Shown here in pieces: positions 13,393-24,471 of a DNA stretch of 64,000 nt. This DNA comes from Takakia lepidozioides (lineage: Eukaryota > Plantae > Bryophyta). Position numbers and translations under genes: made by a program. Below the pieces are notes generated by a model. It was not told the DNA's origin. It saw only the letters and a program-made list of their open reading frames with translations, and ran no database searches. Location: NCBI GenBank assembly GCA_030704615.1, contig CM060732.1, positions 47,864,001 to 47,928,000 on the forward strand. The letters run 5' to 3'. Position 1 is the first letter of the stretch, and the number at the start of each line of letters is the position of its first letter.

Positions 13393-14366
13393 ATTGCGGA
13401 GGCTACAAAACCTCTCCAATTGTGTTCTTGTGATCCAAACACGGAGCGTGGGGGAAAGAGAAGAAGGGGAAGAAAGACGACTTTGAGAAAAACCATGAGT
13501 CCGACTTGCTGTCAAAAGCCTCGCTCTTGCTTTTGCTATTCTGGTACTTGAACCTTCTTTCCCTTGTACTATTTCCAGCCTTGCTTTGTATGTTTTCTAT
13601 TTTTGTGGTTTGTACACAGAAACCCTGAAACTGTGTGCGTGAAATCGGGAGGGAGATGGAAGCAACTACTGCAACCACAGTCTGTGTCCCAGTCTCCTCT
13701 CACATACACACCCACACAACGCCCTCTCTCCTCTGGTCTCTCTCTCACACTCTAACCAGCTTGTTGTTAGTTGTGTCGTGCACTCTATGATACCTTGGCG
13801 CTTTCGAGTACCCATACTCATCGATCTGGGGTGACAGGGAATGCTTGCAGTTGCTCGTCAAACACTCAAATGCTAGTGGCTGCGTCCGCATGGTGAATAC
13901 ATTCTAAGTGCTGCTTTCCAAAGTCTATTCACCCGCCATACAATCCAGTGTCTTCTCCAACCTCAACCCAGTTTCCCTAATGATGTGTTAATTTTCCCGA
14001 GCTGAGGGTTTCACTTTGTTAGATTAAAGGAAAAAGACATCTCTTTTAGTACACACACTTATACTATGCACATATTTGACCTCTCTCAGTCTAGCTTGTC
14101 TCGCCTGCTCGTGCCTATTTTAGTTTGTGGGGATTACTAATCAGACAACACAAAGAGGCGAGGGAAAAAGTTATTCAAATCCATAAAAGATCATTTAGAG
14201 TTAACTCTTTCAATGGGACGTGTGACATCTGTCGCTAGCAGATCCGTTTTTATATGGCCTAGATGCTTATCCGGTCATACGATTTTGAGGATTATGAATG
14301 TTACAGAGATTGGGAGTAACTTCAAATCTTGCACAGTGGGCCCGCTACAACGCACCACCTTTCTAA

Positions 14367-14816
14367 TGTAAGTGCAAGGGGCTTGGAAAGATAGCTGCTC
14401 GATAGCTGTACCTTAAGTGTGAATCGTAAGCATCTGCCATATCTAATCTTTTGCAATACAAGACTTAAACTAGACAGCAGAACACGAGCTTGAGAAGAAC
14501 AAGACTATATCGGCTAACTCTCTCTCACACTGTGAAGAAAGCACTATGGAAGGACAAGGACTGCAGGAACAGTTGAGCGCTGAATTGAACATGAAATAGG
14601 GAGAAACTGAGTCATAGATATACCGTGAGCAGTACCTAAGTCAGTGGAGAGAACTACGGAGAAACTATAGCGTTTAAATGGTGGAACTCCTAAAATTATC
14701 TATGCCTTCACCGAACAGATCTAAGTCTGCTCTTATCTAAGTCTGATCTTATCTACGAGGTATCTACGTTGACCGCAACTACCAGCCGAGCTCAACTCCG
14801 GCTGTTAATGCCAACA
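14367..14816 (-). mobile_element. LTR-like remnant (TG...CA) with nearby PBS-like TGGTGCGTTG on the minus strand
   Basis: Bounded by tgta...ccaaca; PBS-like sequence lies ~9 nt from the end; no TSD found. Confidence 0.25.
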
Positions 14817-14829
14817 ATCTTCGTGCCGC

Positions 14830-15480
14830 TCCTCGTCTTCTTTGCTCATGAGCTTCTATTTGCATAAAGTAACAGCAGTTGATGGATGGGTTCCTTGAAA
14901 TATATTCAGAATTCCTGGCATCTATCTTTCCTATATTTGATTTTGACATTTCTTGTTCTGATTCTCAAAGACTTTTCAATCGCTTCAATCGGATCAAAGT
15001 GCTGAACTAAGGGTATCCGTCTTCACTGTCACGGTCACTACTTGCATTCGGAATGCATCATGTGGAAGCCCCCCTAATTTTTTTTAAACTTAGGAATTTC
15101 ACATCAACCTTAGAGTCAAAGAGAAACAAAAGGAGAATGTTCATCATAGAGGGTTTAATTTTGTTTCCCTCGAGTTTTGAGAAAACAATGGTTGTAAAAA
15201 AGTGGATGAAAGCCCCGGATTGGATTAAAAGGGCAAGGAAAATTAACGTTGCATATGTTTTTTGGTTCTTATTTGCAGTAGTCAACTAGTGGAAAATAGT
15301 GTGTCCAAGTACTGCATATTATGTGCCTCTCAGATGTCAGAAGAATTTGGTTTCTCTTTTCTTAAAGTCTGGCTGATTGGAGAACCTCTTCAATGAGGAT
15401 TTTGGGGCGAAGGGGAATCGTCCGTTTTTGGACTCTTTGTACGCTGCAGGCATGAAGCTGGTTGGAGCCATGGTGAGTGC
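14830..15480 (-). mobile_element. Degenerate LINE RT remnant
   Basis: Frames give YKESKNGRF..NQPDFKKRE (YKi.aK..Rl..Q.gF..R-like) and QKTYATLIFLALLIQSGAF (KAyDrv.w.Fl..l..Gf-like). Confidence 0.3.
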
Positions 15481-15889
15481 TCAGCGATATGTGGGCACCC
15501 GAGAAAATCCACGCTCAACTGATGAATTTAGGATGTCCCCAGCTCCTGACGTGGAGACTGGAGACATCAGCTAAGTATGCTCTTGCGCCCTTGGATCTCT
15601 CCATCTTTTCCCCCTCTCCGGTGAGCTCTGCTTATCCCACTCGCCCTCTTTTCATTCATGCATCATGTCCTACTCCCGAACGATGTTGGGTGCTGACAAT
15701 TAAAAATGTGGAAGGTTGTCTAATCAGGCACCTACCAGCTGCTGTCCTTCGATTCCTGGTGGATTTTGGTCCCAGAGCGCACCTCGGTTCCGTTCAAGTT
15801 GGTTTCGTTGAAACATACAGCCTTTTCACACCTCCCCACTGGGTTCGGATGGTCCCCCTTATGACAAAAGAATGAAGCTTCACTAGATG

Positions 15890-16290
15890 TTCTCTCAGCA
15901 ATCAAATTGTGGAGTTTATTAGATCGGAAGCTTTGATGTCCAAACGTAGGCAAATTAAAAAACATTGGGCTTCTTTCCTCTCGCACAATGCCATTATATT
16001 CCTTCATGAGCATAACTTGAACGATATTAACATTATGTCTATTGGTCCTTCGATTTGGCCGCCTCCACCAGCTTGGTGGAACCCCACAGTGGTAGACACT
16101 CGTAGGGGCACAACTATTCTCGTTTCTCCATCTTTACTATGTTCTTTCAGAGATATTCAAACAAGTTGGGTTGTAAGCAAGAGTGCGGTGCGCTGTCACA
16201 ACTTCATCCTCTTGTTTTGGGGCATGTGCTCTTCTTAATACTTATGCTCTTAATTCGAGCCTGGAAGAATAGCTCTTTGGTTGCTCATCA
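15890..16290 (+). mobile_element. LINE ORF2 APE endonuclease remnant
   Basis: SKRRQIKKHW..IIFLHEHNL (LQE-like), RRGTTILVSP, LNTYALNS..IALW (NiYAP..R..lW); cut off by the LTR at 16291. Confidence 0.55.
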
Positions 16291-17059
16291 TACTAAGTTC
16301 CAATTAATCATGCATTCATTCCACAGCTTCTCTCGTGTCTCTCTACACAGTATGTTTGTATCGATTCAATATCGGATTAAGATTAATCATGTATCATGCG
16401 CCATGGTGTCTCTATTCTACCCTACTGTATAATTTTACAGCTTGCATGAACTAAGCCTCATTCAAGTCATCATCTCCTCTTCACTGTTTCCGCTCTCCGT
16501 TACGTCTCTTCCTCTCCTGAACAAGTCGCCCTCTTCAAGAAGTGATCCCCTTCCTGTTGCCGCTCTGCCTAATCTACCCGCAAGCTGTTCTAACCACCTA
16601 ACTAACTAACCGTCACCCCTGAAGTAACACGTTCCCTCTGCAGATGTCGTTCTCACACAGTCGTTCCCTGTCAATGATAACTGTTCCCCATGTACTGTGA
16701 CAGGTTGTGTCAAGCTGTGCCGAGCTGTGACTAGCTGTGTAAAGCTGTGTCGGGCTGTGACTGGCTGTGCGAAGTTGTGTCGGGCTGTGTGAAGCTGTGT
16801 CGGGCTGTGTCAGACTGTGTCTGGCTGTGATAGACTGTGACGGCTGTGTAAAGCTGTGTCGGGCTGTGACTGGCTGTGCGAAGCTGTGTCGGGCTGTGTA
16901 AAGTTGTGTCTGGCTGTGATAGATTGTGACGAGCTGTCTCACCCCCCTAAAACCTGCTCCTGCCACCCCTAAGGCTCCTGTTGGTCTCAGTCTGCGCAAA
17001 AAGTAAGGGTACCTCACAGAACCCGTAAAAGCGTCTTAGTCCCAAGCAGCCCTCTAACA
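16291..17059 (-). mobile_element. Truncated inverted LTR of retro-family 1
   Basis: Reverse complement of the 17190 LTR from TGTTAGAGGG through ...gaacttagta; distal end missing. Confidence 0.9.
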
Positions 17060-17189
17060 ACCGGCATGACATGTCAGCATGCATATCAGCCCAAACTCAT
17101 TACTCCATGAGCCTTCCACTGCCGGAGTGTGCCTATTCAAGCCACATCTTCGAAACGCAGAGATGGAACGGGGTTTTGAAACCAGCATT

Positions 17190-18123
17190 TGTTAGAGGGC
17201 TGCTTGGGACTTAGAGGCTTTTACGGGTTCTGTGGGGTACCCTTAATTTTTGCGCAGACTGAGACCAATAGGAGCCTTACGGGTGGCAGACGCAGGCTTT
17301 AGGGGGGTTAGACAGCTCGTCACAGTCTATCACAGCCAGACACAGCTTTACACAGCCCGACACAGCTTCGCACAGCCAGTCACAGCCCGACACAACTTTA
17401 CACAGCCCGTCACAGTCTATCACAGCCAGACACAGCCCGACACAGCTTCGCACAGCCAGTCATAGCCCGACACAGCTTTACACAGCCCGTCACAGTCTAT
17501 CACAGCCAGACACAGCCGGACACAGCTTTACACAGCCAGTCACAGCTCGGCACAGCTTGACACAACCTGTCACAGTACATGGGGAACAGTTATCATTGAC
17601 AGGGAACGACTGTGTAGGATCGACATCTGCAGAGGGAACGTGTTACTTCAGGGGTGACGGTTAGTTAGTTAGATGGTTAGAACAGCTTGCAGGTAGATTA
17701 GGCAAAGCGGCAACAGGAAGGGGATCACTTCTTGAGGGGGGGCGATTTGTTCAGGGGAAGAGGAGACGTAACGGAGAGCGGAAACAGTGAAGAGGAGATG
17801 ATGACTTGATTGAGGCTTAATTCATGCAAGCTGTAAAATTATATAGTAGGGTAGATTAGAGACACCATGGCATAGACATGATACATGATTAATCTTAATC
17901 CGATACTGAATCGATACAAACATACTGTGTAGAGAGACACGAGAGAAGCTGTGGAATGAATGCATGATTAATTGGAACTTAGTAGATACTGAAGCAATCT
18001 GATGCTTCAGTATACACGGTAAGGTAAATTGATAGGGCTGAGTGCTTAGAGATATCCAACTCTTCTATCTTGGAGTTTCCACCTCGGATAGCAAAGGGAT
18101 GGGTGAGTAAAAGCCGCTCGACA
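17190..18123 (+). repeat. 5' LTR, family 1
   Basis: TGTTAGAGGG...GCTCGACA; contains the 10-bp CACAG array; ~80-bp deletion relative to the 3' LTR. Confidence 0.92.
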
Positions 18124-18125
18124 TT

Positions 18126-18143
18126 TGGCGACCATACTGGGGA
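18126..18143 (+). other. Primer binding site, probably tRNA-Arg type
   Basis: TGGCGACCATACTGGGGA starts 2 nt after the LTR-ending CA; tRNA identity inferred. Confidence 0.75.
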
Positions 18144-19177
18144 ACTGGGTCAATAACAACCAGATGTGACAGGCATTTGGTGGGATCATGGTGGTTGGAG
18201 AATTAAAGAATTTGATGTGCATCAAATTCCCTGTGGAACTGAGAAAGAAAGGTTGTCCAAGCAATTCTTGGAATTGCCAGACGGTTGCAAGGAAAACATT
18301 CTTAAGAGAGTGCATGATGCAGATCCTGAGTGGGGTCTGGAGAAAGGAGTGATAAAGATTTATCAGGTGGCCTGTAGAGGGAGAGCAAGTTGGTTACCAA
18401 CGCTGGTTTATGTGATAGCGTTGCTATCCATTAAACGAGTGGAGTTTGAAGGCTAGGAGGAACGGAAAGTGAATGTTTACACTCATATGCATGAAGAGTT
18501 GGTACTGGTAAAGAATTGGATTCCTAAGGATATTCTGTGGATCAAACTCACACCAAGAACAGCTTTTCAGACTTGTTTGCAATATGGTTATATGGTAACG
18601 GAGACTTCTAATATAGCCAAGGGTGCATTGAAGCTTGAAAGAAACCCAGGCATATACGAGAGATACTATAGAAGAGAGTTTTGGTTATTGCCACATTAAA
18701 GAAATGAAAGACATGGGACATGAGTGATGAAAGAGAAGCTAGACTCTAGAGATATTCAGCAAAAAGAGAAAATTATCTGAAAGCTAATTATCCCTATCTT
18801 TGGGAGAGAGGAATAGACATAGGGGAATCATCTCGACCTCTCACACCATTAAGATCAGAGAGTACATCACCCATACCGGAAGAACTAGAGTTGGATGCCA
18901 CTCCTTCTTTTTCTTTGCAAGAAAGATTAAGGGAATTGGTACAGGAAGAAGATCAACCACGAGGTGAAAGATCTGAGGTACATCCCTGGATAAAAGATTT
19001 GACATAAATCTTTTATAAGAGTTGGCATGGAACACCAAAAGCAGAAACTCAAGTTTCTGAAACAGAAGATGAAGAAAGAGGAGAGGATGTGGCAGAGCCA
19101 ACGGAGAGTTCAAACTCTCCAACACCATTGCAATTGAGTTACATGAGTGAAGAAGAAGACACCCAAGGGGGCAAAAC

Positions 19178-22100
19178 TTGGAAGATGAAAACATGGAGAA
19201 GAAATTGGAAGTGGAAGAGTATGAAAAAGTAGACCCAACAGCTGAGGTTGAGACTACAACCAGGACATCCCAACCCGTTGGACTTGGATCAAGTGGAGCA
19301 CTTGGATCACAGGCCAACGAAGGTGTCGGCTCGGGGGGATTAGGCGGGCGGCCTGGATGTGGCTCTGGGGGGACAGGGAGTGTGGGAAGTAGTGCAACTG
19401 GAGCTGGGAATATTGTGAATATAGTGAGGCCAGTAGCAGGGAGTGCTCAGGGGCCAGCACTTGGTGGAAGTTCCACCACAACTACCACAGGTCCTCAAGG
19501 ACCAGCACCAGCAAGGGGGCCAGCACCTGTCAGTGGGCAGGGGGTAAGGCCACAGATGGCATTACAACCAACACGGGAAAAACCACCTTTTCCAATATAT
19601 TCAAGAAAAAAGGATCCTGAAAAACACATTAGCCAATTTGAACACATGTGTATTGTGAACAATGAGAATGGCGATGATGCCAAGATGAGACTGTTTCTTT
19701 GTTCACTTATCAAGAAAGCAAGTGAATGGCGGACTAGCCCAAACGCAACTACTGCTCAGGGGATTGCCTAAAGGTCAAGGCCTCGTGCAGGTAAGCTGCC
19801 AAGCATTTCTGATCCTCATAATGCAAGACTTCAGTGACAGATTGAGTCCCACGGAATAGACCATCAGATTCTACCCATGCAGGTTTCTTGTAGCTATTGA
19901 TCCACAGGGAATCATAGGTAATCTTGTGCTTGAAATCTGACCCCCTTGGATGAATATGGACCCACACTCTATCTCTGCTCCTTCAGGTATCCATTAATCA
20001 TTTCCTAACCTGGAATGGCTTGAATACAACATTCCGAAATAGGTTCAGGACAAATAAAACTGAGGATTAAGTGTATGGAAGTTTACAACAGTTAAAGTAA
20101 AAGAAGCATGAAACCGTTGAGGAGTATATGAAAAAGATGGAATTGATGATGAAAAAGCTGGCTGCTGTACCAGCACCAGGTTTACAGAAGACTTGGTTTG
20201 TGAGTGGACTAAGACCAGAGTTGCAAAAGAAAATGGATATGTTATCCCATAATACAGTGGAGGAGGCATTTGAAACAGCGAACAGAATTGAGCAATTGGG
20301 AATGTTCAGGAGAGAGAAAATGGATGATGAGGACTCTGAGGATGAGTCAGATGAGGAAGAAGAGCAAGAGCTTAAGAGGAAGAGTAAGAGGAAGGAAAAG
20401 TTGAAGAGGGATAACTATGAGAAAAGATTAGAAGAAATCTTGAAGAAGTATGCCACAGAGGCTGCAACACATTGGAGGAAGGGTGTTTGGTGTGCAAAAT
20501 GCCAGAATGAAGGCCATACCACCACTGAATGCCACATGAAGGAGAAACACTGTACTATCTGTAAAATGGATAACCATTCTATTGAGAATTGTTACTACAA
20601 CAGAAGGATAGCTGCAAGAGAACATAGGCAAGTAAAGGTGCATCAAGTGCAGCGCCAGCCAAGAAGAAACAGTGATCAGGACCACTATGGTAGGCCTGGT
20701 GGTTATAACAATGGCATGGAAGGGAGAGGTAATCCAAGAGGAAATTACCAAGGAAATTCCAGAGGCAACTATCAGATTACAGAAACAATCCCAGAACAGA
20801 CCAAGGGCGAGGACCTAATGGGAAAGAACTGTATTACTATTGTAATCAGGCAGGACATCGCAAGGCAGCCTGTCCATTCTGGATCAGACACCAGAATGAG
20901 ATGAGAGCTCTTGTGAATGAGGGGCCAGTGGTGGCAGCTCACATGGTTAGGCCATGTGTTGTACCAGAAGTAAGTACAATGATAGTAACTAGAAAAAAAA
21001 GCCAAAATAATACCTCCAGTAGATGAGGAAGGTGATGATAATGAAGATGGCAGTGATGTGCCTGAAGATGATGAGGCTTGGAGAGATGAGAAGGAACTGC
21101 ACAAGGAAGTGGCAGATACCATAAGGGAAATGCAGAAGAGTACTGATATTCCTATGGCAGATTCCTCTGATTCTGAAGGAGAAGAGGAAGTGAGTGAGGA
21201 TGAAGGGAAGAAAGAAGCTGCAGAAATGCAGAGTAATGAAGGGACTTTGGCTGAAGTAATATGCCAGTCCAAAGCGGAGATTACCATTGAACATCTATTG
21301 GCTGTGGCACCTTATTGTAGACACAGGCTGTATCAAGCAATCAATTGGATTGCCCATGTGACAGGGAACACAGACCTGAACAACAAGGTGACTAGTTATA
21401 ATGTGAAGCCGAAAGGGCAAGAAACAGTCATGGACTTTGATGATTCTATGCCAGTAATCCAATTGAGAATTGAAAGCACATAACTAACTGATGTACTGAT
21501 AGATGGAGGCTCTGGAGTGAATATCATGACAGACCAATTAAGGCAGAAGCTTGGTCTAAGTAACATGAAACCAGCCCCATTTACAGTAACAATGGCAGAT
21601 CAAATAAGTGTTCAGCCATTTGGATTGATAAGAGGAGTTAAGATACAGATTCAAAAGATGATCTTTAAGATCACAGTAACTGTGTTGAAAATGGATGAAG
21701 TCATGGAAGCTTACTCCTTATTGCTGGGTCGACCGTGGCTGAAACAGACCAGGGTATTCTATGACTGGAATTCCCAGTTATTAACTGTGCATGATGGGAT
21801 GCACAAAATACAAATCACCACTAAGAAATCTAGTAAATTACCTGCTACGAGAAGACCTCGAGGGGTCAGGGAGTATGACTGGAGGGGAGGACTTGATGAG
21901 GAGCAGGAAGCTACCCTGTTCGCTGCACACCCAGAGTGGGAGCAGGTTGCAGAGATGCAACTGGAAGGCCTAAGTTGTTTAAAAGGTATCTGCTGTGGTG
22001 TAGTGACAGCAACACCAATTGAGGGTAAAACAAGCAGTTACCCACCACATTTCTATGAAAAAAGAGAGGGAGAAATGGAAATCCTAGAGGAACCAGCCAC

Positions 22101-22863
22101 TGTGAGTTTACAGGATGAAGTGGTGACTGGTTGGACAATCACAGCTGATGAGCAGGTGAGAGAAGTGAATGTGGGAACTGAAGGGGAACCGAGGATGGTG
22201 AAGGTAGGGGCTGATTTGGAGCCAGAATTCTTTGAGGAAGCTAAGAGTCTGTTCATCAAATACAGAGATGTATTTGCTTGGAGCTACGAGGATCTAAAAG
22301 GGATACCACCTGAGATTTGTCAGCATAAGATTGAACTGGAACCAGGGTCAATACCAATCAAACAGACAAGGTACAGAATGAATCCCAACTATGCACAGAA
22401 GGTTGGAGAAGAGATCAAGAAGTTGGCTGAGGCTAAGTTTATATACCCGATAGAGTATACAACTAGGTTGTCACCCATTGTGATAGTTCCCAAGAAGAAT
22501 GGTTTACTGAGAGTTTGTGTGAACTATAAGAAGTTGAATGCTTGTACGAAGAAAGATCCTTTCCCTTTGCCATTCACAGAAGCGGTATTGGACACTGTGG
22601 CAGGCCATGAGATGTACTCATTCATGGATGGCTTCAGTGGTTATAATCAAGTGCAAGTGGCAGAAGAAGACCAGGGAAATACAGCTTTCATCACAGACTG
22701 GGGTGCTTATGCATACAAAGTCATGCCTTTTAGACTTTGTAATGCACCAACAACCTTTCAGAGAGTGATAAATGAATATTTTCATGAGTATCTGGATGAT
22801 TTCATGCAGGTGTTCTTGGATGATTTCAGTGTGTACAGCTCTAAGAATGAGCACTTGCAGAAA
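19178..22863 (+). pseudogene. gag-protease-RT of family 1 (interrupted)
   Basis: Gag DPEKHISQFE..LFLCSL..ASEW, ETVEEY, WFVSGLRPEL; zinc knuckles CAKCQNEGHTTTEC and CTICKMDNHSIENC; protease LIDGGSGVNI; RT PIVIVPKKNG.LRVCV, MDGFSGYNQ, FLDDF; stops and frameshifts. Confidence 0.92.
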
Positions 22864-23394
22864 AATCATTGCCAGTGCTTCTCTTTCAGTTGTGCTATAG
22901 TTCCTTTCAACACTGTTCATCAACCTGCTAGCATAGTACACAGGTGAATCTATATTTCCTGTAACATTTTGGGCTAACACTGCTCCCAACGCTTCTCCTG
23001 AGGCATCACAATGAACATGAAATACTACATGTCAGTGAGGGTTAATCAGCACAGGTGTAGTTGTTACTGACAATGTAAGTTCCTCAAAAGCCTGTTGACA
23101 TTCAGCTGTCCATGCAAACACTGCATCTTTCTCCAGAAGCTTGCTCAATGGTGCTGCTATCTGTGCATACCGTTTGACAAATCTTCTGTAATAACTGGTT
23201 TGTCCAAGGAATCTCCTTAGACTCTTAACATTTACTGGTGGTGGAGAGGCTTTAATAGCCTCTGTCTTTCTGGGATCCACAAGAAGTCCCCTCTTACACA
23301 CAATGTGTCCCAAAAGCACCCCTGAGTTCACACAGAAAGTACACTTATCTGGATTCAGGCCCAGACCTCTCATCCTGCATCTGGCCAAACATAA
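22864..23394 (-). pseudogene. Inverted RT C-terminus/RNase H segment of the same pol
   Basis: Minus strand reads LCLARCRMRGLGLNPDKC..LLGHIV..FLGQTSYYRRFVK..HCDASGEALGAVLAQ..YYASR..NYSTTEREALAMI, the direct continuation of forward ...NEHLQK. Confidence 0.9.
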
Positions 23395-23554
23395 GGGATA
23401 CAGTGGTATCCATGACAAACCATTGCAGCACGACTTGCATATTGAAACACAGAAACAGTCACGGGCTGCACCGGTAATACCAATGGAGCATGAAGCACTT
23501 GTCGTAAAGCCAAATGTGTATGGCCTGAGCGGAGAACACGGGTGTTCGCATAGT

Positions 23555-23695
23555 TATCACAGCCCACCACAGCATCACACAGCCTATCACAGCCCACCAC
23601 AGTGCCACACAGTTTATCACAGCCCACCACAGTATCACACAGCCTATCACAGCCCACCACAGTTTGACACAGTCTGTCACAGCCCAACACAGCCC
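23555..23695 (+). repeat. Internal 10-bp periodic CACAG array
   Basis: cacagcccac/cacagtttat/cacagcctat units, same architecture as the LTR array. Confidence 0.85.
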
Positions 23696-24471
23696 ACGCG
23701 TCCATAGGGTCAGTGACAGGTGGACGTGGGTTAACGTCCGAAAAGTGGCCGGCGGAAGAAAATACAGCTTGGAAGTCAAACTCGGAGAAAGTGCCACGCG
23801 GATAGGGAAAGACGGAGGCAGGTCTAGAAACGAACACGTGGTCGTCAGGGCGAAGCACACCGCAGTGCATATATTGCAAAAGCGGGTGTCATCATGCAAG
23901 AAGACAAATTGGGCCGTCAAAGTACCTACCCGGTACATCAACCCAAACTATTTGTGGGCCCATTAATGCATTCAGGGCAAGGGTAACGGAACCCTTTACG
24001 AGTACAGAAAAGGGGGATCTTTGTCGCATGTGCTATCCTAGTGGACATTCCAGGGGGGAAAGTCCACTGAGGGGAGTTAAATTAAGAAGTTACCCAAGGA
24101 GGCAACAGCCAATCACGAGCGAGAATTACATGCAGGTGGTTTCCTCCAAGAAACAAGAGCAAGAAATTAGCAGGGTTATGAGTGCGAGAGTCGGGGTGGC
24201 TCCGAATAACCAGCGTCTCGGCATGAGAGACAATCAAAGCTATAGTTTTGTAGCTATGGCAAATATTACAGATTACACGCTCGCTTTACTTCTCACGCAG
24301 TGGCACAAGGACGGACGGGTTGAGAGTACATTCTCTCTCACTCGATACTTACAAGCCCCACAGGCTTACACGCACTTACCCGTTCCATTCTGTGCCAACC
24401 ATACCTTTATGCTCTGTGCCCTGCAAGCTTTTCTTCAGCTGTTTCAAACAAGACCTTTTTGTTTGTCTAGA

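Noticed and set aside
16613-17465. HSxTQ-repeat ORFs (also 25583-25912, 29160-29443)
   Set aside because: Translation artefacts of the LTR tandem array.
17320-17576. CACAG arrays as a CRISPR array
   Set aside because: Repeat is 5 nt with 5-nt recurring spacers, lies inside LTRs of a eukaryotic retroelement, and no cas genes are present.
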